The notes: generated by a model not told the origin, from the letters alone. A DNA stretch of 64,000 nt from Okamejei kenojei (GCA_035221665.1 CM069132.1:131378001-131442000), one strand, 5' to 3'; positions 21,867 to 34,212 are shown, counted from the stretch's first letter. Numbers and translations are program-made.

Positions 21867-22549
21867 AGGTGTGAGTGGTAGTGGTCCAAATGAGATTTAT
21901 TTCCAATCAACAATTGCCCCTCAACAGTGCAACTTCCTAGCCTCGTTACAACCACATTGTTGTGGGCTCAAATGTCCTTTCCTGAAGCAATTTGGGTTTA
22001 TAATCCAGTCATTTAAGGTTTCCATTAATGATAGCTGCTTGCCAGTGCAGATTGAATTAATTTACCACATTGTCACTGTGGCAGTCTTCAATCAGTAATC
22101 TCAGTCTCTAACTATGCTTCCGTAGCCCAATAGTTAGGCATTTTCCACACCTGTGCTACTGTTAAACCATTGACTGTTTTAACATCTATGATTTTTTTTT
22201 CCCATTTGTAATTCCCCCATGTTTTTGTGCCCAAACTCATTTACTTTCAAATACTTTTCTTAGCAACTGGAAAGGTTCACATTAGCTCATTGGTTTAACT
22301 ATGTATACAGTACTGTAGCTTCTATTGGCTAGAGTGCTAAATTGGCAAATTAAGTTCAAATTGGAACATAGGGACATCAATTCATGTTAAAAATTATTGC
22401 TACAAAACTCGTATCTGGTTCATTGAAATCCATTAAGCATGAATGGTGTCTTCTCCAGTTTTATCTCCGATCATACATCTGGCTCCCATTTTAATCCAAG
22501 AAACAAGGAATAATAGTCCGAGTCAGAGCGTGAAACCAGGCCATTCGTC

Positions 22550-22642
22550 CCTGATCATATTGAATGGCGGTGCTGGCTCGAAGGGCCGAATGGCCTCCTC
22601 ATGCACCTATTTTCTATGTTTCTATTTTCTATGTTTCTATGT
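22550..22642 (+). mobile_element. CR1 family A 3'UTR/tail fragment
   Basis: GATCATATTGAATGGCGGTGCTGGCTCGAAGGGCCGAATGGCC plus (TTCTATGT)n. Confidence 0.85.
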
Positions 22643-22965
22643 CCCAACCTGTTCACAATGGCCATCATATACCATCTAAACTAGTCCCACCTGCCAGGCG
22701 TTTTGTCCATATCACTCTAAACCTGTCCTATCCATGTATCTGACTAAATGTTTCTGAAACTTTGCGATAGTACCTGCCTCAACAACATCCTCCAGCAGCT
22801 CGTTCCATTCATCAACCACCGTCTGTGTGAAAAAGTTACTCCTCAGAATTCTATTACATCTTTCCTCTATCACCTTAAACCTATGTCCTCTGGTTCTCAA
22901 TTCTCCCACTCCGAGCAAGAGATTCTATGCATCTAACAGATCTGTTCCTCTCATTAATTTGTACA
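22643..22965 (-). mobile_element. Old CR1 3' fragment
   Basis: Minus-strand ORF RTRGHRFKV..NFFTQTVVDEWNEL.. Confidence 0.8.
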
Positions 22966-24369
22966 ATGCCATTTTGCTGGTCTCACATCCAAGGAAAATT
23001 AAATTAAAGAGTCAAACACGTAAATCAGCCATATGAATGCGAGCATAGGCCTTAACTTTATGCTTAAATAAAAATATCATTATCGGTCAGCAATCTTGAT
23101 CAATTTTGATTATAGCACTACTGTGTGACAATTAATCTCCCAGTCTCTGGTTATAAAACTACTTTTCATTATCTTATAATTGAAGGCAAACCCAAGGACG
23201 TAATCACTGCACATTTACTAATTTATATACTTTTAACAAGATTTTACAACTATCATGAATGGAAAATAATCAGGAAAGGGAACCTTATTCAAATCATTAC
23301 TATATTTGGTAAGAGCACTTGCGATTTCCTGCAAACTCCACGCAGAGTGTAAATTGTACAAAATTTAATCCCCAATTAGCGAATTAAAAGTTGCTTATGA
23401 ACTATTCAATAGTTTGTCAATAAAGATTTACTATTTGAAATATAACTACTTAAGAAAACAATTAACATCGAGTCTTGAATTCAAGCTGGCCAGAATCATT
23501 GGAATTATTTGGCATTTCACATAATTAACAGTTAATAGACCAACATAAAAAATATTCAGGCACTACATCATATATCATAATAAACTGCCATGTCAATGAA
23601 GATTAAACTTAATATTGAATACAATAAGAATTATCTTCGCCACATGCTCGTGACAACTGGCAGTTTGCAACAGTATATGGAGCTGATAGCTTGGACACTC
23701 AAGTCTCAGTGGTGCATTGGCTTGGAATTTGAATATCAGACAGGACAACTTCCCAGCCAGTCATTAGATAAAGGGTTGTCTAGCTCCGAGCACTGCCAAT
23801 GCATAACCTAAGTATTAGCGCAGCCAAAAGGACACCCTGGCAATAAACACTGCCAGCAAATAATTCAACAGTAAATGCACACAGCCAATAAACTTTACAT
23901 ATGTGCTTTTACTTTAATGCTTTTCATCTATGTTTACAGGTTACTCTGTTCTTTATCATATTTAACCAATGTTGAAGGTGAATGTGAACGATTGCCAGAG
24001 AGCTGCTACGTATTTAATGCTGGATTAAACCAAGAGCAAAATGACAAGCAAGCAATTTGGCTATTCATTTTATCTTGTCTGAACTGGAAGGCAGACAATA
24101 AAGATGTTACCTCTCTTAAAAAATATGTTTTTGGCATGATCCAAGTGTTTAGCAACATAGGAAAGAGAAATGACTCATTGACAAGTCTGCAACACCAGGT
24201 GGTTTGTGCCCTTTTTCAACCTCCCCGTGTTTTGCCCATATTTGCTTCATATCCCTTATGGTATCCATCCACACCAATAGCCATTGCATTGCTACTTTAG
24301 TACCCACAGCTTGTCAGAGGAGAGCATTCTAAATGTTCACCACAGTTGATCTAGAGAAAAATGCGACCT

Positions 24370-24575
24370 ACTTTTATTTCCTGGTTTCCTATCCCTGTAC
24401 CTATCCAAATGTTTCTTAAATGCTGTGATAGTACCTTCCTCAACTACCTCAACTGGCAGCCCATTCCATAGACCTACCACCCTTTGGGTAAAAACATTTC
24501 TGCTTGGGTTCCTATTAAATCTACCCTCTCCCCTCACTTTACACCCATGCCCTTTGGTTCATGATTCCTCTACTC
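24370..24575 (-). mobile_element. Old CR1 3' fragment
   Basis: Minus-strand ORF VFTQRVVGLWNGLPVEVVE..FKKHLDRY. Confidence 0.8.
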
Positions 24576-24677
24576 AAACACATTTAGCCTATCTAATCCT
24601 GATGGCAGTCAAGCAACACATACACTAGCAACATGGGCTAAAACGTCAGTGGCCATACTAGTATATATGACTGCTGG

Positions 24678-24830
24678 AGATAGATACAAAACGCTGGAGT
24701 AATTCAGCGGGACAGACATCATCTCTGGATAGAAGGAATGGGTGATGTTTCAGGTCTAGACCCTTAGTAATTCCAGCATTTTGCATCTATCTTTGGCTTA
24801 AACCAGCATCTGCAGTTCCTTCGTACAACA
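24678..24830. mobile_element. Fold-back Penelope-like terminal repeat
   Basis: AGATACAAAACGCTGGAGTAATTCAGCGGG.. and inverted ..TTCCAGCATTTTGCATCT..CCAGCATCTGCAGTTCC. Confidence 0.7.
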
Positions 24831-26189
24831 TTTTATCTGACTGCTGGGTTAGCTCCATCACCTGCATTTACTAATAGATTCTCACAGTGTGGAAACAGAC
24901 CCACCCTTTGGCTCAACATGCCCACTCCAGCCAACATTCCCCATCTATACTAGTCCCAACTGCCAGCCTTTGGCACATATCCCTCTAACTCTACCCTATC
25001 CATGTACCTGTCTATATGTTTCTTAAACACTGTGATGGTAACTGCCTCACCCAGCAGTGTGCAGGAAGGAACTGCAGATGCTGGTTTTAAAATCGAAGAA
25101 ACCCAGTCTCTAGCACTGTGAGGGATCAACTCTACCACTGCACCACCATGCACTGTATTTAGGATGCATCTAAAAATGCATTTTAATTGCCAAGGCATGG
25201 CAGGTTATGGGCCAAACACAGGTCAATTGGATTAATATAGATAACCCCAACAGTCAGTATAAACATGGTGGGCTAAAGGGCCTGTTACTGACCTGTATGA
25301 CTCAGAGTCTTAATGAAAGTAACGGAAGGCTTGCGATTTGTGGGCATCATTTATGACAGAAATATTCCAATTCAGTTATAAAAAAAAGTTTTCCAATCAT
25401 TCTCCAGTTGCTTAGGAACACCAAAACGGATTATAATAGAGATCTTTTGATGAGTACTGTATTACTCTAAATGTATTGTTGTAATTCCACCACAAGGCAT
25501 CATTCCAATTATGTTCTTTGAAATCAGCAGACACCCAACAGTGCCAAAGTGTATCAGCCTGGGTTAATTAATCATTGCACTGAATGCTCAGGCAAATACA
25601 AAGAGGGTTGCCCAAGGCCTCCTAAGAAATTGGGGAGAAAAAAGCATGAAATATGGAAATGTCAGAATGAAAAGAAAATCATTGACATTGCATTACTTCC
25701 AACTTCAAAGCACTCCATAATCCACAAATTATTCTCACTGAGAACTTACTTCACAGAAACAGCCATGTGTGACCATGCCAAAGTTTATGCTCCATTAAAA
25801 TTTGGCATAGTGTGGTACATCAGACATGGCAAGAATTGGGTATGAAATTATACTGAGGGCAGCAAAGATGGGGAAGGAAAATAATGCACTGTGCTGTCCA
25901 AAGTCTATCATCAATCTTGGGCTGCACTCACTCAGAAGACAGGATATTCTTCTGGACGTTTTAAAATCCCCTTATGTACAAACTCAGGTCACCCCTTTCA
26001 AAATGTTTATCATATTGGCTCAACTACGCTCTGGTGGCACATGTTAACTACAATGCAGGCTTATAAGTTCCTTCCAAATTAATTATGGACTGATTAGCAC
26101 AAAGCATTCACCCTTTAATAGTCCGAACCTTTTCATCTGCAAGGCATATCAAGAGTACAATAATTAATAATTGATTCAGAATTAATGTC

Positions 26190-26670
26190 GGGCAATTATG
26201 GGCTTGAGTTATAAGGGGTGATTGGATAGGTTCAAACCGCTCTCCCAGAAAGTCAAGATTCAGTGTTTTACTGTTATGTCCCGATAGGGAACAATAAAAC
26301 TCTTACTTGCAGTAAACGTGGGCGTGGGGTGACTTCAAAGAAATTGAGAAGTTCGCAGGGAGCATGGATAGGGTAGTCACTGTCTTTTTCTCAATGTAGT
26401 GAATTTAGAAATGTTATTTCTAAAATTGGAGGCAAAGGTTTAAAATGATAGGGAAAACATTTAAAAGGGGATAAAAGTGGCATTTTTTCCAGACTAAGAT
26501 ACGTGTAAGGAAGAGCTACAATAGTGTGTGGGGTAGAGACAGGTAATAATTACAACTTTTAAAAGGCATTTGAACATGGACAGGAGAAAATTAGAGAGAC
26601 ATGGCCCAAAACAAAGACTTCTTGCTCTGCATAGACAAGTTGGGTCAAAGTGTCTGTTTCTATGGTGTCT
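26190..26670 (+). mobile_element. Highly decayed CR1 3' fragment
   Basis: GGCTTGAGTTATAAGG..TTGGATAGG, GCATGGATAGGGTAG, TTTAAAAGGCATTTG, GTTGGGTCAAAGTGTCTGTTTC recognisable as the CR1 ORF2 end/3'UTR. Confidence 0.55.
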
Positions 26671-26759
26671 GACATTGAATCTGCCTGAATGAATATAGTT
26701 CCAATGATAGTAGTAGCTCCATATCATTCAAAAGGTGGTATAGGTTTATTAATACTACA

Positions 26760-27300
26760 TGTAAACATTGACAAGCTTTGTTTGTGTGTTATCTAGGCAA
26801 AACAAATCATATTACACAATCACAACGTACGATAGGTAGTACTAAGCGAAAAACATCAGGTTGCAGAATGTAGTGTTACAGTATTACCATTATGAGGGAA
26901 AAGTCCAAGGTGTACAATGAGATAGGTTGGAGAACTGGGACTGTATCCTAGCTTATGGGGGGTGGGGATGGACAGGGGGCGCGACGGTTCAGCACTCTGA
27001 TAAGATCAGGGAAACAGCTGTTCCTATATTTGCTATGTGCTTTTGAGTTTTTGTATCTTCTGCCTGATGAGAGAGGGGAGAAGAAAGTGTGATCTAGGTG
27101 AAAAAGGTTTGAGGCAGCACGAAGTATAGATAGAGTTCATGGTTGGGAGACTGGTCTGCGTCATGCACTGGGCTACATCCTCAATTCTCTGCAATATTTT
27201 GCAGTCTTGGGTAGATCTGTTACCAAATCAAGCTGTGATGCACCTCGATGTGATGTTTCCTGTGGTGCATTTGTAGAAGTAAGAGCCCTTGGCAAACTTG
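26760..27300 (-). mobile_element. Decayed Rex1/Babar-like LINE 3' fragment
   Basis: AAACAGCTGTTCC..TGGGCTACATCCTCAATTCTCTGCAA..CCAAATCAAGCTGTGATGCA; similar to 45630-46250. Confidence 0.65.
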
Positions 27301-27451
27301 CCGAACAAAATAGCACACTTGACTGATATCTTATCTACCACACTAAATTTTAATTCCCTCTACTGACATTGCATTGTAACTGCAGTATATCGAGTCTACA
27401 AAATGCACTTGATACTTGTCATGGGTACTCCAACAGGACTTTAAACCTGCT

Positions 27452-27840
27452 TGGAAGGAACTGCAGATGCTGGATTACACCAAAGAAACACAAAATGCCG
27501 GAGTAACTCAGTGGGACAGGCAGCATCTCTAGATAGAAGGAATGGGTGACGTTTCGGGTTGAGACCCTCCTTCAGTTCGAGTCAGGGGAGAGGGAAACGA
27601 GTGCTATGGAAGGGAAAGGTGTGAAAATAAGTGATCAAAGGGGACGAAGTTCAAGGAAAATATAGATCATTGTTAGCTTGGGGAAGAGGATAACAAGCCA
27701 TACAAAGTAAAATGTAATCAGTCAGTGAACTAGGATGGGGAGGGATCAACAGCGAGGGAAAGCAAGGATTACGAAGTTAGAGAAGTCAATATTCATACTG
27801 CTGGGTTGCATGCCGCCCAAATATGAGGTGATGCTCCTCC
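27452..27840 (-). mobile_element. Penelope-like element 3' fragment with terminal repeat
   Basis: Terminal repeat GGAAGGAACTGCAGATGCTGG..GACGTTTCGGGTTGAGACCC followed by a purine-rich stretch and AATATTCATACTGCTGGGTTG..AATATGAGGTG, consistent with the C-terminal end of a PLE ORF on the minus strand. Confidence 0.6.
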
Positions 27841-28049
27841 TTTAAACCTGGGACCCCCCCCCCGGTCCCCAATTATTCTGGAGGTTAAGAGCAGTACCTA
27901 CCATTTCTTGCAATTCCCCTTTTCACTAGGCATACAAAAAACAATGTAATTGTTTTTTACGTTGCTTTATGGACCTCAAAACACAACATTGCAGCAAATC
28001 TTAGCCACAATGACCCACCACTTCAAAGTAACTCATCAGCTTCAATGGC

Positions 28050-28690
28050 AAATAGAACATAGCAATTAGAACATAGAAATAGTGCAGCACAGACCCTGTG
28101 GCCCACAACCTCTGTGCTGAACACGATGCCAACGTAAACTGATCTCATTTGCCTGCATATGATCCATATCCTTCCTTTTCTTGCATATCCATGTGTCTTC
28201 TAAAAGTCTCTTACGCATTAATATCATATCTGACTCCTCCATCAGACAGAGTGTTCTATGCACTCACCAACCTGTGTAAAAATGAAATCCCTTGTACATC
28301 TTTAAACTTTGCCCCTCTCAACTTAAAGTTATGCCCTCATGTCCTTGACATTTTCATCCGGGGGAGGGGGGGGGGGGGAAGGATCTGACTGTCTATCCTA
28401 TCTATGCCCCTCAATTTCATATGCTTCTACCAGGTCTGCCCTCAACCTTCGATGCCCCAGAGAAAACAATCCAAGTTTGTCCATCCTCTCCTTGTAGCTA
28501 ATACCCCCTAATCCAGGCAACATTCTGAAAAACCTTTTCTGCACCTTCTCCAAATCCTTCCTGTAAAGAGGCGATCAGAACTGCATGCAATACTCCAAAA
28601 CCACACCACATGTCTTCTGTACCACTACTTACCTTTGCAGCCACATTCAGGGGCCATGAACCTGGACCCCCAAGACGCTTCTGCACATAA
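28050..28690 (-). mobile_element. Old CR1 3' fragment
   Basis: AGAACATAG tail repeats; minus strand GGAGTATTGCATGCAGTTCTG, TTGCCTGGATTAGGGGG, GGACAAACTTGGATTGTTTTCTCTG. Confidence 0.75.
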
Positions 28691-28939
28691 TTCCTTATAA
28701 TTAGAATGGAGAGGGCCCCATCTCAAAATGTCATCTGTTCAATCCCTGCACAGATGCTGCCTGCCAAATTTCAGCATCTGCAGTTTCTTGTGGAACTAAT
28801 CCATGCCAGAATTTATGCTCCATATGATCATCCTCCAGTCTTTCGACCACTCGATCAACATAACCCTTTATTCTTTCTCTGTCATGTGCTTGTTTGTCCA
28901 GCCTCCCCTTAAATTGATCAATCCAAGAACAAGAACAGA

Positions 28940-29175
28940 AACAGGGATAGTTTCTTCCCAGCTGTTAACAAGGAACGGAATCCTCCTACCACAACCAGAG
29001 AGCAGTCCTGAACTGCTATCTGCCTCTTTACTGCACTAAACATTTCTCCCTTATAATGTATCTGTGCACTGTGGTGGCTCGATTGTAACCATGTATTGTC
29101 TTTCTGCTGACTGGTCAGCACGCAACAAAAGCTTTTCACTGTACCTTGGTGCACATGACAATAAACTAAAACTGA
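28940..29175 (+). mobile_element. Rex1/Babar-like LINE 3' fragment
   Basis: AGTTTCTTCCCAGCTGTT..AAAAGCTTTTCACTGTACCTTGGTGCACATGACAATAAACTAAA. Confidence 0.7.
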
Positions 29176-29215
29176 ACAAATACTCTTCACCTAAACCAAT
29201 CCCTGAGATAATGTG

Positions 29216-29434
29216 TTAACGAAGAAACTGCAGATGCTGGAGAATCGAGGGTTACACAAAAAGCTGGAGAAACTCAGCGGGTGCAGCAGCATCTAAGAGG
29301 CGAAGGAGATAGGCGACGTTTTGGGTTGAGACCCTTCTTCAGACTGAAGAAGGGTCTCGACCCGAAACGTCGCCTATCTCCTTCTCCTCTTAGCTGCTGC
29401 TGCACCCGCTGAGTTTCTCCAGCTTTTTGTGTAA
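29216..29434. mobile_element. Young fold-back Penelope-like retro-insertion with 15-bp TSD and hammerhead core
   Basis: CCCTGAGATAATGTG at 29201-29215 and 29435-29449; ~95-bp inverted arms (29248-29342 / 29344-29438) around a 1-nt loop. Confidence 0.85.
29344..29371 (+). ncRNA. Minimal type I hammerhead ribozyme motif
   Basis: CTGAAGA-A-GGGTC-TC-GACCC-GAAA-C-GTC: CUGANGA box, 5-bp stem II, GAAA box, palindromic ACGT in place of stem III, GUC cleavage triplet; activity not demonstrated. Confidence 0.7.
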
Positions 29435-29969
29435 CCCTGAGATAATGTGCCTCACATCCTGTCTCTCCTTTCACTAAAGAGGTTTCACTTAAATTTCTCA
29501 GTGATTATCTTGCCACTTTTCTCCCCATTCCCCACATAGATTATCCTGTGGTCTGGACATTTTCTCCTGACCATAAACCACACAATCTATTTTTTGTACC
29601 ATTTGAAAGCTTCTTTATATGCTTCCATCATTTAAATCATTAATATACATAACAAAGGGCCAAGTAGTGAGCCTTGCAACAAAACATAGCAACAGTCTTC
29701 CAGTTACAAAATCATTCATAAAGCATTACCATTTGATTCCCTTCATTTAGCCAATTTCCGATCCAATTTGCCACCATCCCTTGGATCCTACTGGTATTTA
29801 TTTTCTCGACAAGCTGACCATATGGGAACTATTCAGAGATGTAGGCTACATCAGGAAACACCGTTCCATTTATCATTACTCAGTCAAACTTTAGCAATTT
29901 ATTCATCCATAATATAGACATTTGTTTGGCATAAGGATGGGATATATTTATCTTTGGGCCTGCCAATTT

Positions 29970-30300
29970 ATCCAATTTCAAAGATGCTAATGAAGGACGA
30001 GTTGCACCTCGGCCACTCCCTCTTCTGCCCTCACCCAGCAGGCAAAAGGTACATGTGTGTGAACGCACACCTCCAGATTCATGGACAACAACTAGAGAGC
30101 GGCCCCAAGCTACTACCTACCTCATTGGCGACCCTCAGTCTATCTTTGACCGGATCTTACTCTTTACTATATTCCCTGGATCGTGTATCTGTACACTGTA
30201 AATGGCTTGAATGTAATCATGTATTGCCTTTCTGCTGCCTGGTTAGCCACAGCAAAAGCTTTTCACTGTTACCTCATTATGTGCAACGATAAACTAAACT
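29970..30300 (+). mobile_element. Rex1/Babar-like LINE 3' fragment
   Basis: CACCTCGGCCACTCCCTCTTC..CACCTCCAGATTCA..AAAGCTTTTCACTGT..ATAAACTAAAC. Confidence 0.7.
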
Positions 30301-30736
30301 TCATATCCATTGCTATATTTATCCAATCCTGTTTTCGTACATGACTCTTTTTGAAAACGAGTATTCTACCCAGTTTACAAAGTCGATCAACAGACTTAAA
30401 ATCATCTCTAACCTTCCACCTCCAGACACATTACATTTTGTTGATCCTCAATAAGTTTAACTTTTTTCCTTTGATAAACGCATCCTCTGCATTTCTAAAA
30501 ATCATTCTATATTCCCCAAATTTATGCGTGGTTTAAAAATTTGGAATAAATCTATTCTGCGTTGTCACACAACGCTAACCTGCTGGCTCTGCATTGAGCT
30601 GTGCATTATTTACCGCTGAGTTCATAAATCATTGGATTTCAGCACAGCTTGATACCAGAAAATGAGCACATGTGCCAACTACATGTGTGGTAGCCTGCTG
30701 CTTCACAATGGGAACCAGGATGGGAAGATTTTAAAA

Positions 30737-31125
30737 CGGGAGAGGGGAGGGGGGAGCTGCGGAGAGGGGAGGGGGGAGAGGGGAGGGGGAGAGGCGGAGA
30801 GGGGAGGAGGGAGACGGAGAGGGGAGGAGGGAGAGGGGAGGGGAGGAGACACGGAGGGGAGGGGGGAGGGGGGCGTGGGGGAGGAGAAGGGAGCATGGGG
30901 AGGGGAGGGGAGCATGGGGAGGAGAGGGGAGAGTGGGGGAGGAGAGGGGAGCGTGGGGGAGGAGAGGGGAGCGTGGGGGAGGAGAAGGGAGCATGGGGGA
31001 GGGGAGGGAGGGGACATGGGGGAAGGAGAGGGGAGCGTGGGGCAGGAGAGGGGAGCGTGGGGGAGGAGAGGGGAGCGTGGGGGAGGAGAGGGGAGCGTGG
31101 GGGAGGAGACAGAGAGGGAAGGAAG
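30737..31125 (+). repeat. G/A-rich minisatellite, ~20-bp unit GGGAGCGTGGGGGAGGAGAG
   Basis: About ten recognisable units at 30870-31110, preceded by a degenerate polypurine tract. Confidence 0.92.
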
Positions 31126-31639
31126 GTGACAAGAGTGCAGATGGGAGGTTAGGAGATAGATTTCAGGCTAATCAAATTGAAGGTAAAGCTTTGCCGAAAC
31201 ACAAAGTACCCTCTTTGACAAAGAAGTTAACTCATTTTCACAATAGTGGAAAGAATTTTTACGTGTACAAATCTTCTCTTTTTAAGTGAGACTGAGTTGG
31301 CATGGACGCGTAATTGTGGTGCAGTAATGTACACCCTTACCCTATTTGAATTTGCCAGGTTGCAAATGGTCAACTCTTAATTAGATAATTTGAGGGGTTG
31401 GGGAGGCAAAGGGGTAGTTAGGTGGTGTCAGTAAAATCCAGTCAGAGCCCCGGGTTAGCTTCAAGTTGCACTAATTCATGTAGTCATGCATTGCATAATC
31501 TGACCAATGTTACAACTCGTGCAGTAACATGCTGCACATACAGTCTGGCACAAATGTCTGCATTCTCCGCCACTGCACAGTTGCTGTCAGCTTTATTATT
31601 GTCACATGCAGCAAAGTACAGTGAAAAGCTTAGATTTGC

Positions 31640-31900
31640 ATGTAGAATTGCTGCCTTACAACGCCAGTGACCCGGGTTCAATCCTGACCACAGGTGCCGT
31701 CTGTATGGAGTTTGTACATTCTCCCTGTGACCACATGGGTTTTCACCGGGTGCTCTGTTTTCACACGACACGCAGGTTTGTAGGTAATTGGCTTTAGTAA
31801 AATTGTCCCTCAGGTGTAGTACAGAACTAGTGTATGGGCGATCGTTGGTTGGCACGGACTCGGTACGCCAAAAAGCTTGTCTCCACGCTGTACCTCCAAT
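31640..31900 (+). mobile_element. tRNA-derived V-SINE copy
   Basis: GTAGAATTGCTGCCTTACAACGCCAGTGACCCGGGTTCAATCC, V-domain GGAGTTTGTACATTCTCCCTGTGACC. Confidence 0.82.
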
Positions 31901-32186
31901 TTATACTAAAGATACTCTTTTCAATTTAAAAACATAGTGAGCCTGATTCGACCCTGGCACACCGACAGCTATAACAATGCACCTGCGTTCCCTGACCAAC
32001 AATACAAAGGCGTCTGGTCACATGCTCAGCAGCACCAGCAACACATGTAAGCTGAAAATTGTCCAAAAAAAAAGAAACTGCTATTGTGGCCATGCAGGAA
32101 AATTGGATTATGTCAATGTCCAAGCTAGAAATTCTGGACAGCAATTCTCTTTTAAATCTATAAATTTGTTGTGAGGTTACCACAAA

Positions 32187-32228
32187 CACCCCCCCCCCCC
32201 CCCCCCCCCCCCCCCACCCCCCCCCCAC
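32187..32228 (+). repeat. Poly(C) tract
   Basis: ~40-nt C run with isolated A interruptions; similar runs at 38154-38200 (C), 45398-45416 and 28362-28378 (G). Confidence 0.9.
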
Positions 32229-32727
32229 CTGCCCACCACCACTATTTGCCTGTGATCAACTAAGCACTACAGAAAAATGCCCCAAATGATTTCTCTGAAC
32301 TTGATGCCACAAATCAGCCTCTGCATTTAGTGTATAAAAAGGGAGCTATTGTGAGGGTCAAACAATTGGTATTGATCAAAGGGGGTCATTATCCTTGGAC
32401 GTCCAGCTTCCTGTAATGAGATACGAGGTGCAGCACAGCGTTAATTTGTGAAATAATTCCTTCACAATGCTGCCGTTGCTTGCTAGCCTGTGGGGATTCT
32501 TCAGTGCCTCCCCCATTCAGGAGAAAGGTCCCGGCCAGTCCTGCAGTTGCGACAAGATCCAGTTTTTTTTTTTTCTCACTGTCCATTCACGAGACAGTCT
32601 CAGTCCTGAACCAGCGGAAATATTTTCTCACACTAACGTTGGCCCTCATTGCACCAAACATATGCATGCTTAACGCCAGCAGCAACACCTCCATTTATGC
32701 TTTTTGATATGCTTGAAGGGTCAAAAG

Positions 32728-32950
32728 TGGCTTTGTTGCTGGACTTAATCCTGAGAGAAAAATTCAAACCCCACCAGGGAATTTAAGTATCATTCAATAA
32801 ACCTGCAACGTAATAAGTGCATCAATGTCTTGTGATCACAAAGCTACCGGATTGCTGTCAAAACCAAACTGGTTCAATGTCATTTTGAGAAGGAAATCTG
32901 CCACCCTCTGCCAACTTGGCCCCTTTGTGCATCCAGATACACAGCAATGC
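32728..32950 (+). mobile_element. Ancient decayed SINE-like repeat (different family from the V-SINE)
   Basis: TTCAAACCCCACCA (B-box-like) then GGATTGCTGTCAAAACCAAACTGGTTCA..GAAGGAAATCTGCC..CCAGATACACAGCAATG; a weaker related piece lies at ~22395-22490; family assignment is from memory only. Confidence 0.4.
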
Positions 32951-33260
32951 AAAGATAGACACAAAATGCTGCAGTAACTCAGTGGGTCAGGCAGCATCTC
33001 TAGAAAAAAGGAATAGGTGACGTTCTGGGTCGAGACCCTTCATCAGACTGAGAGTCGGAGTGGGACAGTAGGAGTATGGGAAAGTACAGAACTAAGCAGA
33101 GCATGCATCGATGACTCAGGAAAGGTGGAGCCCATAATGGTCCATTGTTGGCCAGGGATGAGGTGATAAAGGAATACAAAATGGTGAAATTATACTAGTG
33201 TGGTGGGGGGATGTGGAGAGTGAGCGAGAGAGAGGGAATGCAAGGGTTACTCGAGGTTAG
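32951..33260 (-). mobile_element. Penelope-like element 3' fragment with terminal repeat
   Basis: AGATAGACACAAAATGCTGCAGTAACTCAG..GACGTTCTGGGTCGAGACCCTTCATCAGACTG followed by a purine-rich region resembling 27580-27780. Confidence 0.65.
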
Positions 33261-34026
33261 CAACGCAGTTTGTGCTATAATGCTGAGAACGACATTTTGC
33301 ACTCTGCATCTTCCTATTGGCTCTAACCATTGATTGTCCTTATGTATAGTATTATCAGATCTAAATGGATAGCATTAAAAATAAAAAATTACACTGTACC
33401 TCTACTTGTGACAAAAAAAAACCTAAACCCAAGACTCGGCGATCCTCAAGCAAGCCGTTCACATCATGCACAACAAATGTCAGAATAATATCACACAAAT
33501 GAATTGAACGTGCTTTGTTGATGCTATTGTCAGCTAATGTTTTCACTCCAAGTTTAATTAGCCAACCCTTAATTGAGTGCTTTTGTGATTTGAATCAAAT
33601 GGTCTGTTTATTCAGACCAGTGGGGAATAATTAGGTGGGTTTTTTAAAATCAGAATTTAAGTTGCCTTCATTCTGGCTGTCTACACTGTGGTACTTTGAA
33701 TGGCAAATTTAAAATATTTCACATTATGAGACATTATCAGGGCAGGGAGAAATGTGAAACCCAGTTGCTAAAGAAATCCCATTGGCAGATCATTCAGGCC
33801 ATGGCATAATTTAAAACGTGAAGGCCTCAATGTGACCACACTCTCAGTGGAAATCACTGCATGGAAATATGTTCTTGGAAAGTGTAAACCAACAACCTCC
33901 ATTATCATGATGCAAATACAGAGCGGTGAAATGTTCCATTGAATTTCAGGCAATGAATCAATCGCTTCAGCACTCTTGGCCCAGTTAGTATGGAGGTTGA
34001 GTACAACGCAGGTGGAAGATTTACTT

Positions 34027-34212
34027 GTGTAGGGAGGAACTGCAGATGCTGATTTAAACCAAAGATAGACACAATAAGCTGGAGTAACTCAGTGGGACAG
34101 GCAGCATCTCTGGAGAAAAGGAATGGGTGGCGTTTCGGATCAAGACCCTTCTTCACCCATTCCTTCTCTCCAGAGATGCTGTTTGAGTTACTCCAGGCTA
34201 ATGTGTCTAATC
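34027..34212. mobile_element. Fold-back Penelope-like terminal repeat
   Basis: GGAACTGCAGATGCTG..CAGCATCTCTGGAGAAAAGGAATGGGTG and inverted CACCCATTCCTTCTCTCCAGAGATGCTG. Confidence 0.78.

Noticed and set aside
23875-24300. 141-aa ORF in unique DNA as a host exon (also 10281-10649, 49459-49752, 45156-45560)
   Set aside because: No recognisable domain, compositional bias typical of random AT-rich DNA, and no supported splice structure
30639-31289. Multiple Gly/Glu/Arg-rich and Pro/Ser-rich ORFs
   Set aside because: They are translations of the G-rich minisatellite in all six frames; there is no codon or splice evidence
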